The notes under the pieces are model-generated. The model made no database searches. It saw only the letters and a program-made list of their open reading frames with translations, and had not been told where the DNA came from. Shown here one piece after another: positions 47,340 to 58,358 of a DNA stretch of 64,000 bases; the first letter of the stretch is position 1; every line of letters starts with the position of its first letter. A program made the translations under genes and the position numbers. This stretch comes from Microbacterium sp. (GTDB taxonomy: Bacteria > Actinomycetota > Actinomycetes > Actinomycetales > Microbacteriaceae): NCBI RefSeq assembly GCF_049650565.1, contig NZ_JBASAK010000054.1, positions 3,218 through 67,217 on the forward strand, read 5' to 3'.

Positions 47340-48662
47340 TCAGGCGTCGACCTTCTCGCTCTTGCGCACGGCGCGGCGGCTGCCCTCGGGTGCCTTCTGC
47401 GCTGCGGCCTGGGCGGCCTCGAAAGCCTCCTGCGCGGCACGGGCGGCCAGGAACAGGCCCTCGCGGTTCAGGTGGCGCGAGTAGCGGGCATCCAGGTACA
47501 GCACCGGCACGTCGCCGGCGGCCTTGATCAGCTCGGGGTACAGCTCGTCCTTGATGGGGCCGGAGCCGCCGCCGTAGACGTACACGACCTCGGTGGACTC
47601 GCCGGACTGGCTCAGTGTCTCGCTGAACGCGCGGCGGATCTGCTCGACCAGGTGCTTCACGTCGGGTTCCACCAGGTGCACTGCACGGGTGTGGCGGTTG
47701 CGCTGCAGCACCGACGGGGTGGACTGCAAGAAGTCCGCGAGCTGCTTGCGGCTGGTGAAGCGCAGGTCGGCCTCGTCCTGACGGTCCAGGGCGTTCTCGA
47801 GGATGGTGCCGTAGCCCATGTCGAGGGTCGAGGCGGCCTCGGCGTTGAACCTGCCGTTGGTGAACACCGGGAAGTTCACGGTGCCCTCGCCGATGTCGAT
47901 GCCCACGGTGTTCTGCGCGGCGACGAGGTCGGCGCCGGTCACCCCGGGGAGGATGTCGGCCTCGCGGGTGCGCAGGTCGGCCAGCAGGGCGTCGGCCAGG
48001 GGCTCGCCCTTCTCGGAGATGGCGTACTGGGCGGAAGCGCCCTCGGCCACGACCTGCACATCGTCGAACTCGATGCGCACGCTGACGGGGGTGTTGAAGT
48101 TCTTGATCGTGACCAGGTGCACGGCCGAGCCCTTGGAGCCGATGAACTCGCCGGCGTAGCCGTAGCGGCGGGCGACGAACTCGCTGATCGGCAGGGCGAG
48201 GCCCGTGCGCACGCGCACGCGCAGCTCGTGGTCGGGCAGCGCGTCGTGCTCGCGCACGTAGTCGCGCAGCGCCTTGGCCGCGTACACGCCCAGCACGAGG
48301 ATCTTGCTGAGCTGCTGGTCGGCCTTGCTGGCGTGGCCGTCGTGCACCTCGAACTCGCTGAACACCGAGCCGCGCACGCTGAGCGCGGAACGGCCGAAGA
48401 TGCGGCGGTCGTTGTCGGACACCAGTGGCGACGAGAACGAGGCGTCGAGGCGGTTGTAGAAGTCCTCCTCGGCATCGCTCATGGTCTGCGGCGCCTCGGC
48501 GTCCTCCAGCGGCACCTTCGGCGACTGCCGCGGGGTGGCCACGATCGCGCTGGGCAGGTCGATGCGGTCCCGCACCCCGGTGTCGGTGTTGAGGATCATG
48601 CCCTTGACGTAGCCGTTTCCGACGTCGATGCCGCCGGTCAGGTGGATGATGTCCGAGCTCAT
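47340..48662 (-). CDS. actin-fold ATPase, ParM/StbA/Alp-like (440 aa)
   Basis: The motifs are phosphate-1 GGIDVGNGYVKG, phosphate-2 VGIDIGEGTVNF, and an adenosine-type VYVYGGGSGP. The ATG at 48662 is preceded by GAAAGG. The track ORF has a 53-aa non-protein-like extension. Confidence 0.8.
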   Translation of the reverse strand: MSSDIIHLTGGIDVGNGYVKGMILNTDTGVRDRIDLPSAIVATPRQSPKVPLEDAEAPQTMSDAEEDFYNRLDASFSSPLVSDNDRRIFGRSALSVRGSVFSEFEVHDGHASKADQQLSKILVLGVYAAKALRDYVREHDALPDHELRVRVRTGLALPISEFVARRYGYAGEFIGSKGSAVHLVTIKNFNTPVSVRIEFDDVQVVAEGASAQYAISEKGEPLADALLADLRTREADILPGVTGADLVAAQNTVGIDIGEGTVNFPVFTNGRFNAEAASTLDMGYGTILENALDRQDEADLRFTSRKQLADFLQSTPSVLQRNRHTRAVHLVEPDVKHLVEQIRRAFSETLSQSGESTEVVYVYGGGSGPIKDELYPELIKAAGDVPVLYLDARYSRHLNREGLFLAARAAQEAFEAAQAAAQKAPEGSRRAVRKSEKVDA

Positions 48663-48708
48663 GGGAAGGCCTTTCGTTCCGAGTCGTCGGTGTAATTGTG
48701 GAGGATGC

Positions 48709-49128
48709 TCATAGACCGAGCAGGTCGTCGATGGTCGCCGTCGCCGCGCTGGGAGCCGCACGCTCCCGGCGGGTCCTCGCCGGGGCGGGTTCGGCATCCG
48801 GCTCCTCGTCGGGTTCGGCATCCGCGGGGGCGGGCGCCGTGCGCGCCGCCGGCCGGGGCTTCTTCGAGGCGGGCAGCGGCGCTGCGGTGGGCTCGGGGGA
48901 TTCCGGCCGATCGTCGTCGGGCAGCTGCTCCCCGACGTACACGGGGATCGCCGGTGGGCGCACCGGACGGTTCGCCACGTCGACGAAGCCCTCGCGGGCG
49001 ACGGACTCGCGGATCAGCCGACGCACGGACTCGGAAGCCGAGAACTGCAGATCGAGCCATTCGGTGACAGTGGTATCGGCAGCGGGCACGATGAGCTGCA
49101 CCTTGCGCATGCTCGGCGCTTCAGCCAC
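48709..49128 (-). CDS. small protein upstream of the ParM-like gene; possible DNA-binding adaptor (ParR/AlpA analogue)
   Basis: GTG at 49128 lies 5 nt after GAAGGAG. The N-terminal KVQLIVP...TVTEWLDL...SVRRLIRESVARE has a strand-helix-helix look. The middle is a Pro/Asp/Glu/Ala-rich linker, and the protein ends in ATIDDLLGL. The functional call is an inference. Confidence 0.55.
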   Translation of the reverse strand: MAEAPSMRKVQLIVPAADTTVTEWLDLQFSASESVRRLIRESVAREGFVDVANRPVRPPAIPVYVGEQLPDDDRPESPEPTAAPLPASKKPRPAARTAPAPADAEPDEEPDAEPAPARTRRERAAPSAATATIDDLLGL

Positions 49129-49199
49129 TGCTGCTCCTTCACGTCATGGCGCGCGTCATCGGCAATGTCGCGCCTAGATCACGGTACAGTACCCGGCTG

Positions 49200-49868
49200 T
49201 CAGTCGAGCAGTGCGCGCCTCAGTGCGACGGTGTCGGAGACCTTCTGGTGCGCGAGGTCGGCCTCGTGAGGCCCGCCGAACCCCCAGCCCACGAAGATGA
49301 CCGGGATGCCGTGCTCGGCGGCGCCGTCGACGTCGTGATGCCTGTCGCCGATCAGCACGGGGCGGGACGTGTCGACCCCGGCGGCGCGCAGTCGATCGAG
49401 CGCCTGAGTGATCACGAACGCCTTGCCGTCGGCGCGCCCCTCGGGCAGCGGGCGCGCGCCGGAGATCGCGGTGAACAGACCGGTCAGCGCGTAGTGGTCG
49501 AGGATGGCGCGCACCTGGTTCTCGGGTTTGGTGCTGGCCGTGGACTGCGGGATGCCGGCATCGTGCACCTCCTGCAGGAGCTCGGCGACGCCCGGGTAGA
49601 TCCGCACCGAGGCGGCGTAGCCGTCGGCCTTGGCCAGCCCGCGGTAGCGGTCCACGGCTTCGTGAGCGCGCTGCTCGTCGAGGCCCGCGCGCAGCTGGAA
49701 CGACTCGTGCATGGGCGGGCCGATCCAGAGCGACAGCTCAGCGGCATCCGGCTCCGGCAGTCCGTACGAGGCGAACACCTTGCGCAGCCGCGGCATGATG
49801 CCGGCCGACGCGTCGGCGATGGTGCCGTCCACGTCCCAGAGGATGCAGGAATAGGGCGATGACGGCAT
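49200..49868 (-). CDS. HAD family phosphatase (phosphoglycolate phosphatase-like)
   Basis: The motifs are motif I ILWDVDGTI, motif II STAST, and motif IV LIGDRHHD. Confidence 0.85.
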   Translation of the reverse strand: MPSSPYSCILWDVDGTIADASAGIMPRLRKVFASYGLPEPDAAELSLWIGPPMHESFQLRAGLDEQRAHEAVDRYRGLAKADGYAASVRIYPGVAELLQEVHDAGIPQSTASTKPENQVRAILDHYALTGLFTAISGARPLPEGRADGKAFVITQALDRLRAAGVDTSRPVLIGDRHHDVDGAAEHGIPVIFVGWGFGGPHEADLAHQKVSDTVALRRALLD

Positions 49869-49901
49869 GGCTCCAGCCTACGGGCGGGCGGGAGCGCTGT
49901 T

Positions 49902-50597
49902 TCAGAAGAGGCGGGGAGCGCCGGATTCGGTGCCCTTCATGCCCTCGTAGTCGAGAACGACGCAGCGGATGCCGCGGTCCTCGGCCAGCACGCGGGCCTG
50001 CGGCTTGATCTCCTGAGCGGCGAACACGCCGGTGATGGGCGACAGGTGCGGGTCGCGGCCCAGCAGCTCCAGGTAGCGGGTGAGCTGTTCGACGCCGTCG
50101 ATGTCGCCACGGCGCTTGACCTCCACCGCGATGGCCGCTCCTTCGGCATCCCGGATCATCAGGTCCACCGGGCCGATGGCGGTCGGGAACTCGCGGCGCA
50201 CGAGCTTGCCGCCCTCGCTGATCAGGTCGACCTGCTCGGCGAGCAGCCGCTGCAGGTCGGCCTCCACGCCGTCCTTCTGCAGGCCGGGGTCGATGCCGAG
50301 GTCGTGGTTGGAGTCGTGCAGGATCTCGTAGATCTGCACGCGCAGCGCATCGCCGGTCTTCTTGTGCGTGACGCGCCACACCTCGATGACGCCGGCCGTG
50401 GCCTCGTCCTCACCCGGCTCCTCGGAGGCCAGGGTGCACGGTGGACTCATCCAGTTCAGCGGCTTGTAGCTGCCGCCGTCGGAGTGCACGAGCAGGCTGC
50501 CGTCGCCCTTGTGCACCAGCAGGCGCGTGGCGAGCGGCAGATGGGCATGGAGCCGCCCGGTGTAATCGACGGAGCAGCGGGCGATGACGAGGCGCAC
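49902..50597 (-). CDS. nucS: endonuclease NucS (EndoMS)
   Basis: The sequence begins [16 protein letters not shown]. It also contains [22 protein letters not shown] (PD-(D/E)xK core) and a C-terminal clamp-binding-like tail. Confidence 0.9.
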   Translation of the reverse strand: MRLVIARCSVDYTGRLHAHLPLATRLLVHKGDGSLLVHSDGGSYKPLNWMSPPCTLASEEPGEDEATAGVIEVWRVTHKKTGDALRVQIYEILHDSNHDLGIDPGLQKDGVEADLQRLLAEQVDLISEGGKLVRREFPTAIGPVDLMIRDAEGAAIAVEVKRRGDIDGVEQLTRYLELLGRDPHLSPITGVFAAQEIKPQARVLAEDRGIRCVVLDYEGMKGTESGAPRLF

Positions 50598-50606
50598 CCG
50601 ACGAGC

Positions 50607-51830
50607 CTACTTCGTCGTGACCGGGGCGCCCTCGCGCAGCGGCTTCGCCGCACTGGAGAACAGCCCTGACATGACCACCAGTGCCACCAGGATGAACAGC
50701 GTGTTCAGCAGGCCGATGTGCTCGCTGATCACCCCCAGCACCGGGGGGCCGCCGAGGAACGCCACGTAGCCGATGGTGGCGGCGGCGCTCACGCGCGCGG
50801 CAGCCTTGGTCGGATCGTCGGCCGCGGCCGACATCCCCAGTGGGAAGCCCAGCGATGCGCCGATCCCCCACAGAGCCGCTCCCACCAGCACCAGCGGCAG
50901 GTTCGGGCCGAGGATGAACAGCAGGATGCCGGCTGCCGCCGTCCCCGACAGCACGCGCAGCACCGTCACGCGGCCGAACCGGTCGACGAGCGGCCCGCCG
51001 AACAGGCGCACCACGCTCATGCCGACAGAGAACACGGCCAGCGCCAGGGCGCCCATTCCGGACGGCTGGTGGTGCCCCTCGACCACGCCCAGGGCGATCC
51101 AGTCGTTGGCGCCTCCCTCCGCGAACGACATGCCCAGCATGACGATCCCCAGCGCGTAGGTGCGGGGCTCGCGCCAGGCCTCCAGTGCCGTGTGCATGCG
51201 CTGGCGGAAGGTGGGCCTGATCTCGTCGGTGGGGTCGAGGGCGACCTCGCGCACCGGCACCTGGAAGAAGCACACGACTGACGCCGCGACGATGACCGCG
51301 CTGATGATGCCGGCGTGCGCGGCGACATCCAGTCCCCCGCGTGCGGCGAGCACGCCGATGCCCGCGCCGATCACGGTGCCGAAGCTGAAGAAGGCGTGGA
51401 ACACCGGCAGGATCGTGCGGCCCATGTGCTGCTCGATGGCCGTAGCCTCGACGTTCATCATCACGTCGACCGCGCCGTTGCCGAAGCCGAACAGTATGAG
51501 CCCGGCCATGACGACGGGGATCGAGCCGAGCAGGTCGGTGCCGAGGCCGATCAGCAGCACGCCGGTGCCGAACATCAGCATCGCGATGAGCATCCCCAGC
51601 CGCGCCCCGGTGCGGGCCATGACCAGGGGCCCGGTGGAGATGCCGATGATCGACGAGACCCCCATGCCCAGCAGCAGCAGGCCGATCTGCGCCTTGTCGA
51701 TGCCGAGTGCGGCCGCGATGTCGGGCACGCGGGACGCCCACGTGGCGATCGAGAGGCCGCTGGCCAGGAAGATCGCGAAGATGGCCGCGCGCCAGCGCAC
51801 GAACTGGGAGCGGGTGAGCGCAGTATCCAT
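50607..51830 (-). CDS. MFS transporter
   Basis: I see about 12 hydrophobic helices. The start is taken at the ATG at 51830 (MDTALTRSQF), because the track extension is non-protein-like. Confidence 0.8.
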   Translation of the reverse strand: MDTALTRSQFVRWRAAIFAIFLASGLSIATWASRVPDIAAALGIDKAQIGLLLLGMGVSSIIGISTGPLVMARTGARLGMLIAMLMFGTGVLLIGLGTDLLGSIPVVMAGLILFGFGNGAVDVMMNVEATAIEQHMGRTILPVFHAFFSFGTVIGAGIGVLAARGGLDVAAHAGIISAVIVAASVVCFFQVPVREVALDPTDEIRPTFRQRMHTALEAWREPRTYALGIVMLGMSFAEGGANDWIALGVVEGHHQPSGMGALALAVFSVGMSVVRLFGGPLVDRFGRVTVLRVLSGTAAAGILLFILGPNLPLVLVGAALWGIGASLGFPLGMSAAADDPTKAAARVSAAATIGYVAFLGGPPVLGVISEHIGLLNTLFILVALVVMSGLFSSAAKPLREGAPVTTK

Positions 51831-51841
51831 CCCGGCATTGT

Positions 51842-51857
51842 ATCGAATCGATTCGAT
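51842..51857. promoter_or_regulatory. perfect 16-bp palindrome, candidate LacI-family operator
   Basis: ATCGAATCGATTCGAT lies in the 59-bp divergent MFS/LacI spacer. Confidence 0.6.
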
Positions 51858-51889
51858 GCCGCGACACCGCAGCGCGTTATCCTCGGAGG

Positions 51890-52963
51890 ATGAGCAGCAC
51901 CGCACGCCGCGCGACCATCGCCGACGTGGCCCGAGAAGCCGGCGTGTCCACGTCGACGGCATCCGTCGTGTTCAGCGGCAAGGTCAACGTCGCCGACGCC
52001 ACGCGCGAGAAGGTGCTGACGGCCGCGGCGGCGCTGGGCTACGCCGGCCCCGACCCCCGGGCTGCCTCGCTGCGGCTCGGTCGCAGCGGCATCGTCGGTG
52101 TGGTGCTCGGCGGCGAGCTGCGGTACGCATTCCTGGACCCGGTGACGACGGCCATGATGGACGGGCTCTCTGACGCGCTCGCCGCGGACAGCACGGGCAT
52201 TCTGCTCCTCCGCGACGATCCGCAGGGTGATGAGGCGCCGCCCATCACCGAGGCTCCGGTGGATGCCGTGGTGCTGATCGGATGCTCGGGACGAACTCGT
52301 AGTGCCCTGGAGACCGTGCGCCAGCGCGGCCTGCCGGTCATCGTGATCGAGGGGGATGCAGGGGAGGGGGTCCCGCAGATCACGCTGGACAACCGCGAGG
52401 CGAGCGCGGAGATCTCGAGGTACGTATTCCAGCTCGGGCATACGGACGTCGCGACGGTGACGCTCTCTCTGGACGCCGAGCGCGAGCGCGGGCCGATCAC
52501 GCCCGAGCGCGTCGCGGCGGCGACCGTCGATGTGACCCTGCACCGGCTGGCCGGGTTCCGCGAGGTCTACCCGGATGCCGACGGCGTGACCGTCGCGGCG
52601 AGCCTGGTCGACGAGGGAATGATCGCCGCGCGATCGCTGCTGACCGATGCATCCGGTGCGCTCCGCGCGAATCGCCCGACGGCGATCGTCGCGCAGAGTG
52701 ACCTGCTCGCGGTGGGCGTGATCCGCGCGGCCGAGGAGCTGGGGCTGCGTGTGCCCGAGGATCTGACCGTCGTGGGCTTCGACGGCATCAACGCTGACGG
52801 CCTGGGCTCGCTGAAGCTCACCACCGTCGCTCAGCCCGCCGTGGACAAGGGCCGTGCGGCGGGCGAGCAGGTGATCCGCATGCTGGCAGGCGACCCGGGG
52901 GAGTCCGTGCACTTCACCTGCACGTTCCGGGAGGGACAGACCACGGCTCCGCCCGCGCGCTGA
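51890..52963 (+). CDS. LacI family transcriptional regulator
   Basis: The N-terminal HTH is ATIADVAREAGVSTSTASVVFSG, followed by a periplasmic-binding-protein-like core. Confidence 0.9.
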   Translation: MSSTARRATIADVAREAGVSTSTASVVFSGKVNVADATREKVLTAAAALGYAGPDPRAASLRLGRSGIVGVVLGGELRYAFLDPVTTAMMDGLSDALAADSTGILLLRDDPQGDEAPPITEAPVDAVVLIGCSGRTRSALETVRQRGLPVIVIEGDAGEGVPQITLDNREASAEISRYVFQLGHTDVATVTLSLDAERERGPITPERVAAATVDVTLHRLAGFREVYPDADGVTVAASLVDEGMIAARSLLTDASGALRANRPTAIVAQSDLLAVGVIRAAEELGLRVPEDLTVVGFDGINADGLGSLKLTTVAQPAVDKGRAAGEQVIRMLAGDPGESVHFTCTFREGQTTAPPAR

Positions 52964-52980
52964 CCCGCCTCACCGGACCT

Positions 52981-54591
52981 TCAGGAGCGCTGTGAACCGA
53001 GCTGAAGAGGATGGGTCGCATAGTCGAGGATGCGGTAGCGGCCGCAGGAGATGACGTCGTCGGGCTGCGGCGAGCCGGCGATCCTCCACGGGACGGTCTG
53101 CGCATCCTCCACGAGGAACGTCACCTCGCCGGCGGCGAAGTCCGTGCGGTTGGTGAGCCAGTTGTAGCCGCGCAGTGTGTGATCCACCTGCACGAGTTGC
53201 GCGGGATGCGCGAGAAGCAGCTTCGGCAGGCGCACCGTCCAGAACTGACCGGCTCCCATGCGGCCGGAGGCGTTCACCCAGTCCACGACGCAGGCGACGT
53301 CGGGGTCCGGAGCCGTCACCGCGGCGTGGATGCGCGGAACCGACAGCACGGCACCGGCACCCAGCAGCACGGCGCCGGCGGCGGCGATGATCCGCGTGGG
53401 AGAGGGGAGTCTCAGCGACAGCGGATACGCGACGAGCCCGAGCACGGGCGCGAAGGCGATCGGCTGCAGATATCGCGCGGCGTGCGTGCCCAGCAGGATC
53501 GCGCCGACGACGGTGGCGATCGGCGCCAGCCAGCCGTAGGCGGCGAGCAGCATGCCGCGCGTACCGGGGCCGCCCTCGCGGGGCCGGGGACGGACGGTCC
53601 GCAGCACGCACATCAGCATCAGAGTCAGCGTCAGAGCGGTCGCGGCGATGCCGCCCGCCGTGGCCAGACGCTCGCCGGCGAGCCCGCCGTAGTACCCCAG
53701 CGACACCAGTGCCTCGGCCGGGTGCGCGTAGCCGTCGCCCGGATCCGCGATCCATGCCGAGAGCGGAATGCGTGCCAGCATCCCGAGTCCGGAGCCGGCC
53801 GTGAGTGCGATCAGCGGCGGCAGGGCAAGGCGTCCGGCGAATCGCGGATGCAGAGCCACGAGCAGCAGGACTGTCAGCGGAGCGGCGGCCCACGCGAGGA
53901 AGAGCAGGTTGGTGGTCGTCGAGACCAGCGACACGACGCACAGCCACCCGAGCAGCGGGCGGCGGGGTGCGCGGCCGTCCACCCCGCCCCTGCCGGCCGT
54001 CGCAGCCCCTGCTGAGCGGCGTCGCCGAGCAGGGGCACCGACGCTGAGCAGGGGCGCGGCCCGCGCTGGTGCGTCGAACCAGCGACGCACCAGTCCCGCC
54101 GCCAGCACGGCGCCGACCACGGTCGCCGAGTAGTAGGAGGTCGTCAGCAGCATGGATGCCGGATCCAGGGCATCCCGCGAGGAGGAGGTCTCGGTGATCG
54201 CGAGGATGCCGAACGCGCCCAGCGCAGCCAGCGACCATCCCACCGGCGCCCGACCCGGACCGCGCCTGCCTGCGGCCAGGCGGATCGCCCCGTAGAGGGC
54301 CACCAGATTCATGACGGCGTTCACCGCCAGCACGCCCATGATCGACACTGTCGGGAGCAGCATCCGCAGCAGAGTGAACACTGCCGTCTCGGGCAGGAAC
54401 AGCACGCCGGAGAACATCCAGTCCAGCCCGTCGCCGTCCAGGATCGACCGCCCGACCATGGCGACGATCAGGGAGTCGCCGTCGCGGAACATCAGCTCCG
54501 AGCGCGGCGTGGACGCGACCTGGCCGACGATGATCGTCGACATGGCGATCGCCGACGCCCACCCGGCGGCCTCGCGCCATGCCCCACGCAT
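52981..54591 (-). CDS. large polytopic membrane protein with a C-terminal soluble domain, function unknown
   Basis: The 536-aa product has more than 10 hydrophobic segments, then a ~130-aa non-hydrophobic tail (VDWVNASGRMGAGQFWTV...). The rest of the 1032-aa track ORF is antisense to mrpA. Confidence 0.6.
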   Translation of the reverse strand: MRGAWREAAGWASAIAMSTIIVGQVASTPRSELMFRDGDSLIVAMVGRSILDGDGLDWMFSGVLFLPETAVFTLLRMLLPTVSIMGVLAVNAVMNLVALYGAIRLAAGRRGPGRAPVGWSLAALGAFGILAITETSSSRDALDPASMLLTTSYYSATVVGAVLAAGLVRRWFDAPARAAPLLSVGAPARRRRSAGAATAGRGGVDGRAPRRPLLGWLCVVSLVSTTTNLLFLAWAAAPLTVLLLVALHPRFAGRLALPPLIALTAGSGLGMLARIPLSAWIADPGDGYAHPAEALVSLGYYGGLAGERLATAGGIAATALTLTLMLMCVLRTVRPRPREGGPGTRGMLLAAYGWLAPIATVVGAILLGTHAARYLQPIAFAPVLGLVAYPLSLRLPSPTRIIAAAGAVLLGAGAVLSVPRIHAAVTAPDPDVACVVDWVNASGRMGAGQFWTVRLPKLLLAHPAQLVQVDHTLRGYNWLTNRTDFAAGEVTFLVEDAQTVPWRIAGSPQPDDVISCGRYRILDYATHPLQLGSQRS

Positions 54592-54620
54592 GAGTTCATG
54601 TTCGCACGGGCGACCCTTCA

Positions 54621-54648
54621 CTTCGACTCGCCGGCGCTCGCTCAGTAC
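54621..54648. repeat. degenerate copy of hairpin repeat family A (single arm)
   Basis: CTTCGACTCGCCGGCGCTCGCTCAGTAC resembles TTTCGACTCGCTGCGCTCGCTCAACGAC. Confidence 0.5.
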
Positions 54649-54765
54649 AGACGACAGGCTCGGGGGCCGGATATCCGAGGAGCGCAATCCAGCGCGCCGG
54701 TAGACTGGCCGGAAGAACCGCCCGCCTGCGCCGGAAGGCCCCGAGACGAGCTTGAGGAGCCGCTG

Positions 54766-57719
<2,954 letters not shown>

Positions 57720-57720
<1 letters not shown>

Positions 57721-58358
57721 TGGACGTCTCGCTGACCCTGATCATCATCATGGCCGTGCTGTTCGCCGCCGGCGTGTACGCCATGATGGAGCGCAGCCTC
57801 ACCCGCGTGCTGATCGGATTCCTGCTGCTCGGCAATGCCACCAACCTGCTGCTGCTGATCGTGATGGGCGTGCCGGGCAAGGCACCGTTCTTCGGCGAGG
57901 ACGGAGCGCTCAGCGACCCGCTGCCGCAGGCGCTGACCCTCACGGCGATCGTGATCACGTTCGCTGTCTCGGCGTTCCTGCTGGCGCTCATCTACCGCTC
58001 CTGGCAGCTGGGCCAGGCCGACACCGTCGAGGACGACGAGGACGACGTCGCGCTGCGCGAGAGGACGGATGCCGAGGACGAGATCATCGAGGACGAGTCG
58101 ACGCCCGAGGAGGAGGAGGCCACCACGGACTTCCTCGGAACCGTCACCTCGCCCATCACCGTGCTGAACATGCGCGATTACGCATACATCCACGACGACG
58201 CTCCGGTGGACGTTCCGGATGCTGTGAGAAGCGACCCTTCGCTCCCCATGGCACCCTCCGACCGTCGCTCCGCGCCGGCCGGAACCTCCGGGCTGCGGGG
58301 CCCCGGCTCAGGGACCCAGGTGGTCGAGGACCACGATGACGAGGAGGACCGCCCGTGA
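57720..58358 (+). CDS. mrpC: Na+/H+ antiporter subunit C with a long acidic C-terminal extension
   Basis: The NuoK-like core is MDVSLTLIIIMAVLFAAGVYAMMERSLTRVLIGFLLLGNA. The ATG overlaps the mrpA stop. The stop overlaps the mrpD GTG (GTGA). Confidence 0.85.
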
